The notes beneath the pieces were generated by a model, which saw nothing but the letters and a program-made list of their open reading frames with translations, searched no databases and was not told where the DNA came from. 64,000 nucleotides of DNA from a virus. Within the stretch, counting starts at the first letter, position 1. Every line of letters starts with the position of its first letter. Below, in pieces: positions 59,101 through 64,000 of the stretch. Where the stretch lies: IMG/VR virus record IMGVR_UViG_3300042881_006586; one strand, written 5' to 3'. Made by a program: the position numbers and the translations under genes.

Positions 59101-60448
59101 GAATTGCAATTTCTTCCTTGTCATTATCTGCACTCAATAATTTCAAATATCCATCGGTAGTCTTGATACCTATTTCGAAAATTCTACCAAGTTCAGGTCT
59201 TAGTGCAGCTATTTCAATTTCCTCATTACCTTTTTGAGCCTTTGTTTCAATATCTAATATTAGAACATTTAAATCCTCATAGTTTTCAATCCCTTTGAAA
59301 AGCCTTCTGCCTGTTTGAATCATATATTGCTCAAGAGGCTGCAAAGAATAGATTTGGGATTCGATATTGTAAGTAAAGGAACAACCTAAACTTTGGATAT
59401 AATATTTTAAATCGTTCTTATCTAAGTTGTCATCAAAAGTATAACAATCGATAACAAGTTTATTTAATTTATCTTCATCCAATTTTATTTTGAAAGCTTG
59501 CTTGATTGTAGGCAAATTTTCAATTAGTGCATTATAAACACTACTAAAGTCTTTATCAATTAAATCATTAATAAAGGTCTTATTTATTTTGAACGCTATG
59601 GATGGGTATATCTTTTTGTAAAGATTGATAATTGTATCAAAATTTACTGAATCTTTTGTAAATGGGTTAAAATAATCTCTAAACCTATAAAGACTTATAT
59701 AGAAATAAATTAAACTGTTTAAATCTTCAGAAATATAGTTTACAAACTCTTTTAGCTTGAAATCATCCAAATAAATGTTTCCTCTTGAAGAAAGACCTGC
59801 TTCTTTGAAGAAGTCAACTAAATTCACATAAGAACCAACGATTTTTCTTTGGAAGTAAGGATTATCACTGATGACAGGATTTTCTCTTTGGGATTTGATG
59901 GTAATTTTATACTTAAATCCCTCTTCAATACGTTTTACAATTGAATCATCAAAAGAAGTTATCTGTTCTTCGATTTGAATTCCGTATAATTTTTGCTTTT
60001 TGGTTACAATCGCAGACCATTCTTCAAAACTTTCAATTTTATATCTAATAACATATTTGTCATCAGTTTTTTCAATTATTCTTACTTCGTTGCCATCGAT
60101 ATCTTTTACTTTTCCATTTGGCAAAAGTACTTGATTTTTAGACACCTTTCTCGAATCTAAAGTAACTATATTGTATCTAAAAAAAGATGAAGTTTTGAAT
60201 TGCTTACTCCATACAAAGGGGACTAATCCATTCTTATGAGTTACTCTTGGAGTACCATTTTGAAAGGCTTTACAAAAGATAATATCGACATCGTTATTAT
60301 TTCTTGATGTTTCTATTGAACGTATGCCCAACATCTCATCACCAAAAATTTCTTTTTCATAACTACCATTCAAAAAATCAACAATTACTTGTTCATTGAT
60401 TGTAGGTTGAGTTCTTTTACTTTTTGGTTTGAAAATATTGAATTGCAT
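56114..60448 (-). CDS. polB: family B DNA polymerase with large insertions
   Basis: ExoI LDIET, ExoII YNGEDFDFP, ExoIII YLSDD, motif A DFSSQYP, motif B KQLPLKILINSFYG, motif C YFHTDG. Confidence 0.92.
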   Translation of the reverse strand: MQFNIFKPKSKRTQPTINEQVIVDFLNGSYEKEIFGDEMLGIRSIETSRNNNDVDIIFCKAFQNGTPRVTHKNGLVPFVWSKQFKTSSFFRYNIVTLDSRKVSKNQVLLPNGKVKDIDGNEVRIIEKTDDKYVIRYKIESFEEWSAIVTKKQKLYGIQIEEQITSFDDSIVKRIEEGFKYKITIKSQRENPVISDNPYFQRKIVGSYVNLVDFFKEAGLSSRGNIYLDDFKLKEFVNYISEDLNSLIYFYISLYRFRDYFNPFTKDSVNFDTIINLYKKIYPSIAFKINKTFINDLIDKDFSSVYNALIENLPTIKQAFKIKLDEDKLNKLVIDCYTFDDNLDKNDLKYYIQSLGCSFTYNIESQIYSLQPLEQYMIQTGRRLFKGIENYEDLNVLILDIETKAQKGNEEIEIAALRPELGRIFEIGIKTTDGYLKLLSADNDKEEIAILTESYKIIAELDPDLILTYNGEDFDFPFMEKRLELLGCVAEENGRNGEAGKKTALQYIRNTVAEAYQTYGKVYNYFTYYKIENSVVKIGGTTERYTQTKMFGKNFCDVMFAVKRAAEQDKSLPNAKLKDNIKHANLAKKNRVYVQGDLIGKISSDKRPYYFNDEDGSYFVSSKEISKESLFSSEKIHEGEKGHFYGNIKKIYLRCSNEYNDIPLLDKCFNVFTIQIHENGKLISDGDLLDTEFEKIYEKIVDYDELVVPIENFGSELKNTVLWKYFVSNCKELIENLKDVKSFYKHIDFDKHQTVSGSYIVQRYLSDDLDEPYLLDSLYSQATFSLAKWLPTSYEKVSTTGNATVWKLILSAWSYLNCAAIPDYEKPKKYTGGLLGMVDSGYHEDIVKIDFSSQYPATFLAHCKNPDIDITNVYKSVLEYALRSRLHYKDMKNKAKKEKNSEMEQFYDKKQLPLKILINSFYGMLGAPDVSPFCHIQSAWHITCASRQNMRHMIKYFGKDGFKIVYFHTDGANFVIPKGIENYSYVGTGKSWLTEKDKAYSGIEAFVAEYNDKFMIGYTGVAIDEFAVSCVNFSKGNFTYVKESKGKYKISHVGGGLVNKKQSEYIVDFYDANLLDLLLNNPTKFLDAYYTYIKKIYNGDLIARKIASKMKVKKALDDYKKGVFEGRYNKQAHMELAVKNNLQVEIGDWIYYINDNDAAEEADRATVKDTIGYFIVGEKAAEIAQKKLEKYLSDGKENLKNVIEKCYNEDTFFFNSTFQKFSDINGLTKKAKVSKQTNLESILDVDAIKFKIKKKKTKKDGEITIIEVITEKDVLYCSYVPNDKLDAKMKYNAMKYINKLNKALEQIWIVFHPDIRSKIPSPNKMYKREANERAWFTDDEIQLVHGYPLDGKEDKQQDMNELMIITDEEYEFWDMANLSPNSPFDYKDVFVDRMYTFDSNSLEVREFSNESILNPNEKIYTGVELIRFIGEQFYIDNENPPYIFV

Positions 60449-60482
60449 AAGTTGGGAATGATATTAAGTTGATTAATCTTCA

Positions 60483-60513
60483 CAAAGATATAAAAAAAAC
60501 ACCAAATCTCAAA
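60483..60513 (-). promoter_or_regulatory. Bacteroidota sigma-A type promoter for polB
   Basis: Minus strand TTTG (60513-60510), 19 nt, TATCTTTG (60490-60483): matches the -33/-7 consensus TTTG-N19-21-TAnnTTTG. Confidence 0.7.
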
Positions 60514-60534
60514 GAAACTTGGTGTTTTTTTTTT
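60492..60534 (-). terminator. intrinsic terminator after the neck gene
   Basis: aaaaaaaacaccaa..ttggtgtttttttt inverted repeat. Confidence 0.75.
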
Positions 60535-61745
60535 CATATGACCCAAAATCCGTTTGGATTTTTACTTAGGATTTTATTTAAGTCTTCGGCTTCTTTTGCT
60601 CGTTTCTCCATTATTTTCTCTCTTGTCATTTCATCGAGCCATGCTTTGAGGGTTTCTGTTAATTTTAATTTTTCTTCTTTTCCTTCTGCAAGCAATGAAT
60701 CATAATCCAATTCTCCATCTGCTTCAGGAAATGGTAATTTTCCTTTGAATTTACCTCTTGCTCTTCCTAAAGCTTCTTTTGCAAGAGCAGTCAAAAATTT
60801 TCTCACCCATACTTTGCTTGGGCTATTTAAATCACAAAAATCTGTCATAGTCATTGGAACATCAGATGGATACTTGATAATATCTGCACATTCCTCAAGA
60901 CATTTATTTTTTTCTTCGGCATTCATTTCAGTTGTATCATAATAGTGATACCAAACTTTCATACCGTATAATTCTTTTCTGATACCGATTAAATCCTTCT
61001 TCTCAGGAGTTGAATACAAATGAATCAAGTGTGTTCCATTTGCACCTGCGGTTATCTTATAAGTCAAATCTGACCTCAATATTCTATTTTTCAATCCGAA
61101 ATCCGCAGCTCTTGCAACAATATCATAGGCAGGTGCGATATAGTATGCGCCATTTAAAATATTATAACCTGAACCACCCCATCCAACTGCACCTGTAACA
61201 CCTACTCCATTTAAAATTGTACCGTATCCTAAAGAAGCAAAAGTTGCATGAGTAATATCTGATGGAGTCAACCACATAACTTGATTGATTTCTCTTCCTG
61301 CAGGCACTTCATAAACCATTTTACCTTCTTCAAGATAAAAATAATCTTTTTTGAGTTCAAAATTACCTCTTGATTGTAATCCTACCTGTTTTGAATAGGC
61401 TTGAGCAAATTGCAATTCATAGTCGAAAGAACGTTGAGTTAAAGCAAAACACATATCGTTTTGTGTTAAAGACTTACCATTCAAAGAACTCCATTGATTT
61501 TGTATCAACCACATTTGAACATCCGAAATATATTCTTCAACTGCAAATTTTAATAATGAACACCATGCTTGAGATGTTAATTCAATTTTTACAATACCAC
61601 CGCTAAGAAGATTTTTGATATCTTCAACCAAACATTGTTTTTCTGCATTTGAAAGACAATCTTGTACGTTATAGTTCTGATGAAATTCTGATGGAGTTTT
61701 TTTATGATTTGCTCCTACAAAAGAATCAAGATTTTTGTAATCCAT
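60534..61745 (-). CDS. neck / head-tail adaptor protein (T4 gp13-like)
   Basis: LSGGIVKIELT..AVEEY; WVRKFLTALAKEALGRARGKF..LDYDSLLAEGKEE. Confidence 0.8.
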   Translation of the reverse strand: MDYKNLDSFVGANHKKTPSEFHQNYNVQDCLSNAEKQCLVEDIKNLLSGGIVKIELTSQAWCSLLKFAVEEYISDVQMWLIQNQWSSLNGKSLTQNDMCFALTQRSFDYELQFAQAYSKQVGLQSRGNFELKKDYFYLEEGKMVYEVPAGREINQVMWLTPSDITHATFASLGYGTILNGVGVTGAVGWGGSGYNILNGAYYIAPAYDIVARAADFGLKNRILRSDLTYKITAGANGTHLIHLYSTPEKKDLIGIRKELYGMKVWYHYYDTTEMNAEEKNKCLEECADIIKYPSDVPMTMTDFCDLNSPSKVWVRKFLTALAKEALGRARGKFKGKLPFPEADGELDYDSLLAEGKEEKLKLTETLKAWLDEMTREKIMEKRAKEAEDLNKILSKNPNGFWVI

Positions 61746-61759
61746 ATTTATTTTTTATT

Positions 61760-63097
61760 CTAACTTATGTTGTTTAATAATATTAGGTTGGAAAAAGCCA
61801 TATACTCATCTGTAGGACTTACTTTTATATTTTTTGCTGTTATATTAATATTTTTACCTTTTAATTTAGGCTCTAATAAATCATTGATAAATATTGCACT
61901 ATATATACTATTTATATCATAACGATTGTTTTGTATTATTTCTGACTTACATTTTTCAATGAACTCTTCACCTAAAAAACTTATTATATTTTCTATATTT
62001 TTTTCTTGCACTTGATTATTTTCTGAATTGAATCGTATATCAAGAATTTGTATTTTATTTTTTTCTTCAGATACAAACTCTTCTATGTATTTCAAAGCTT
62101 CTTCATATTGACGTTTAAATAATTCGTGTATTTTAGCTATTTCTTTTTGTTTTTCTTCTTCAGAGAAATTTTGATAAGAAAGATTTTTTAATAAGTCGTT
62201 ATCCAACCATTTTGCAGTTTCACCGTTTTCCCATTTAAAAACTATTTCTTTTGAGTCATTAAATTTTTTGTAATCATCTTTAAGTTGAGTTTTCTCATAG
62301 TCTACATATCTGTCAGGGCGATAAAAAGTAACGGTGGGTGCAATGCCTAAACTTCCATATATTTTCCATCCATCTTTATGTTTTAAAGTTACATATATAA
62401 CTCCTTCTTTTGTGGTAGTAGACTTATATCCATAACTTCTTATTTCTGTAGGTTTAGCTGAAATGTTTAAAACCTCAAAATCACCATTATATTTACTATC
62501 ACCACCTAAATCTACTTTGTTAGATTCTTTTTCAAATTTATTCCTTTCATTATATATTTTTTCGGCTAAAGATATTTGTGCTGCACTTAATGTCCCTTTA
62601 GAATATAATTGGTCTCTTAAACTTTTTGCTATTTTATGATTTGCACTCAACCATAAATCTAAATTAGGATTTACCGTAAGGATGTCTTGTATTTTTTTTA
62701 ATCTATCTGTGGTAATCCTATTCCTTAAACCCATTTTTTTTGCATCTTTAGCATCAAACGCAAATTTTAATATACTTTTAGCACAATCAAATCCTACAAA
62801 AATATACTCATCATTATTTTTATTTTTAAACAAGGTTCTATTTGTAATAGATTTATTACAAATTGCACATTTTTCTTTATCATTTTTCAATATTGCAACA
62901 CGTACATCATAATCATATCCATCATCGACAGGCTCTAAATATTTTTCACCATTACTATCAAAATCTATTAATACTGCAGCTCCTACATAATCATAATCTT
63001 CAGGATATATATTCGTTCCAACAAACTTATTTATGTTTAAATCTTCTTTTAACAATTTTATTTTATTGTATTGAGCTTCTGTAATTAGTATTTTCAT
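61760..63097 (-). CDS. hypothetical protein with MKILITEAQY leader and CxxC..GxDC zinc motif
   Basis: CAICNKSI..VGFDCA; TATTTATA at 63112-63119. Confidence 0.6.
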   Translation of the reverse strand: MKILITEAQYNKIKLLKEDLNINKFVGTNIYPEDYDYVGAAVLIDFDSNGEKYLEPVDDGYDYDVRVAILKNDKEKCAICNKSITNRTLFKNKNNDEYIFVGFDCAKSILKFAFDAKDAKKMGLRNRITTDRLKKIQDILTVNPNLDLWLSANHKIAKSLRDQLYSKGTLSAAQISLAEKIYNERNKFEKESNKVDLGGDSKYNGDFEVLNISAKPTEIRSYGYKSTTTKEGVIYVTLKHKDGWKIYGSLGIAPTVTFYRPDRYVDYEKTQLKDDYKKFNDSKEIVFKWENGETAKWLDNDLLKNLSYQNFSEEEKQKEIAKIHELFKRQYEEALKYIEEFVSEEKNKIQILDIRFNSENNQVQEKNIENIISFLGEEFIEKCKSEIIQNNRYDINSIYSAIFINDLLEPKLKGKNINITAKNIKVSPTDEYMAFSNLILLNNIS

Positions 63098-63149
63098 TTT
63101 TTATTTTTTATTATAAATATAGAAAAAATATCTATTATTAGAATATTTT

Positions 63150-63536
63150 TTAATTATCTGAAATCATTTCTCCACTGCCATCTTCTTCAATTTCTTCAGA
63201 ATCCTCCAAAGGTGGCATCATTCTCAAAAATACAAAAGGAAATGCATATATTTTATCAGCAACTTCACTTTTAATAATGAACCATTGCAATTTCTTATGG
63301 CTTTCAACCACTAAATCTCCTAAAATTTCAAAATAAGCATCGTTGGCAGGAAATATTTCTTTTGGAATTGAATAATAATCGTTAAACATAAATAATATAT
63401 AACCTGTCATTCCACTATGAATTTCAATCACTCTTCTCCCTATAACATAATTATGATAATATTCCAAATCTTGAATATACTCAACAACTTCTTTTGGAAG
63501 ATTGTATTTTTTATTATTGATTTCTATTTCTATCAT
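63150..63536 (-). CDS. hypothetical protein
   Basis: 128-aa ORF overlapping the helicase stop (ATGA). Confidence 0.55.
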   Translation of the reverse strand: MIEIEINNKKYNLPKEVVEYIQDLEYYHNYVIGRRVIEIHSGMTGYILFMFNDYYSIPKEIFPANDAYFEILGDLVVESHKKLQWFIIKSEVADKIYAFPFVFLRMMPPLEDSEEIEEDGSGEMISDN

Positions 63537-64000
63537 GAGTTTAAATTTTGTTCTCCGTAAAATATATTTCTATTTTGTTGTTTACTATTGGACACTCTAT
63601 AAACATCTTCTTCAATTGAACCATCAAATAGACAATAGAACACTTCCACATCATTTTTCCTACCTATCCTCCAAGCTCTACCTTCAGCTTGCTCATGTTC
63701 ATCAGAACTCCAAGATGGGCTATTGAAATAAATAACATCTGCTTTGGTTATATTTAAACCTGTTCCTATTGACTTTATGTTCCCAATCAATACTTTTTTA
63801 TCAGGATTTTCCATAAATTCTTTTATCATTGCTTCCCTTCGCTTTCCATCCATTCCTGAATCAACACATACTGCATACTTACTCAATTTTTTCTTTAATC
63901 TTTCATATTCTTCAACAAAATTGGTAAATATTATACAAGTTTTATCGTCTTCTATAGTTGATAACACTGATAATACGGTATGTTCTACTTTTTGAATTGC
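63533..64000 (-). CDS. SNF2/SF2 helicase, C-terminal part (gene continues beyond the window)
   Basis: IIFTNF, GTGLNIT, QAEGRAWRIG motifs IV-VI; frame open to the window edge. Confidence 0.88.
   Translation of the reverse strand, partial: AIQKVEHTVLSVLSTIEDDKTCIIFTNFVEEYERLKKKLSKYAVCVDSGMDGKRREAMIKEFMENPDKKVLIGNIKSIGTGLNITKADVIYFNSPSWSSDEHEQAEGRAWRIGRKNDVEVFYCLFDGSIEEDVYRVSNSKQQNRNIFYGEQNLNS

Noticed and set aside
56114-60448. Inteins as the cause of the oversized PolB
   Set aside because: No C/S-start block A, TxxH block B or HN/C-S-T ends were recognisable in the insertions.
1-64000. Alternative genetic code (TAG or TGA recoding) as in some large phages
   Set aside because: Core genes are full length in code 11, and TAG/TGA end genes at sensible places (capsid TAG before a terminator, many ATGA overlaps). 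Reading through TAG 3359 stops after about 21 codons and does not fill the gap.
1-64000. tRNA, rRNA or large ncRNA genes
   Set aside because: Intergenic gaps are short and explained by terminators, promoters or scars; no cloverleaf or T-loop pattern was noticed by eye. A tRNAscan/Infernal run would be needed to exclude them.

Overview
AT-rich segment of a large, distantly T4-like tailed-phage genome (genetic code 11). The host is probably Bacteroidota: there are no Shine-Dalgarno motifs, leaders are A-rich, and a canonical TTTG-N19-TAnnTTTG promoter precedes the polymerase. The window holds the head module (terminase large subunit, portal with intein, prohead protease with intein, acidic scaffold, major capsid protein), an amidase endolysin, three paralogous Asn-rich beta-helix fibre genes, and baseplate and neck genes. 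It also has a gp55-like late sigma factor, a glycosyltransferase/methyltransferase cluster, GMP reductase, dUTPase, a 1444-aa family B DNA polymerase and the 3' end of an SNF2-type helicase. The most interesting pattern is a set of unrelated accessory proteins (nucleotidyltransferase, kinase, HExxH/GNAT, WYL, LRR and others). They share short N-terminal leaders ending in (I/L)-x-E and lie in late (TATTTATA) transcription units, which suggests a capsid-targeted, protease-matured injected cargo system. Two of these genes are bracketed by 47-bp and ~93-bp duplications of the 3' end of the upstream core gene, which look like cassette-integration scars. Other highlights are a Pro-initiated class-3-like intein in the portal, a likely -1 frameshift at an A10G run, unusually Cys-rich virion proteins and altered PolB active-site motifs. 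No tRNA, rRNA or CRISPR array was seen. All calls come from motifs read by eye; no database searches were run.
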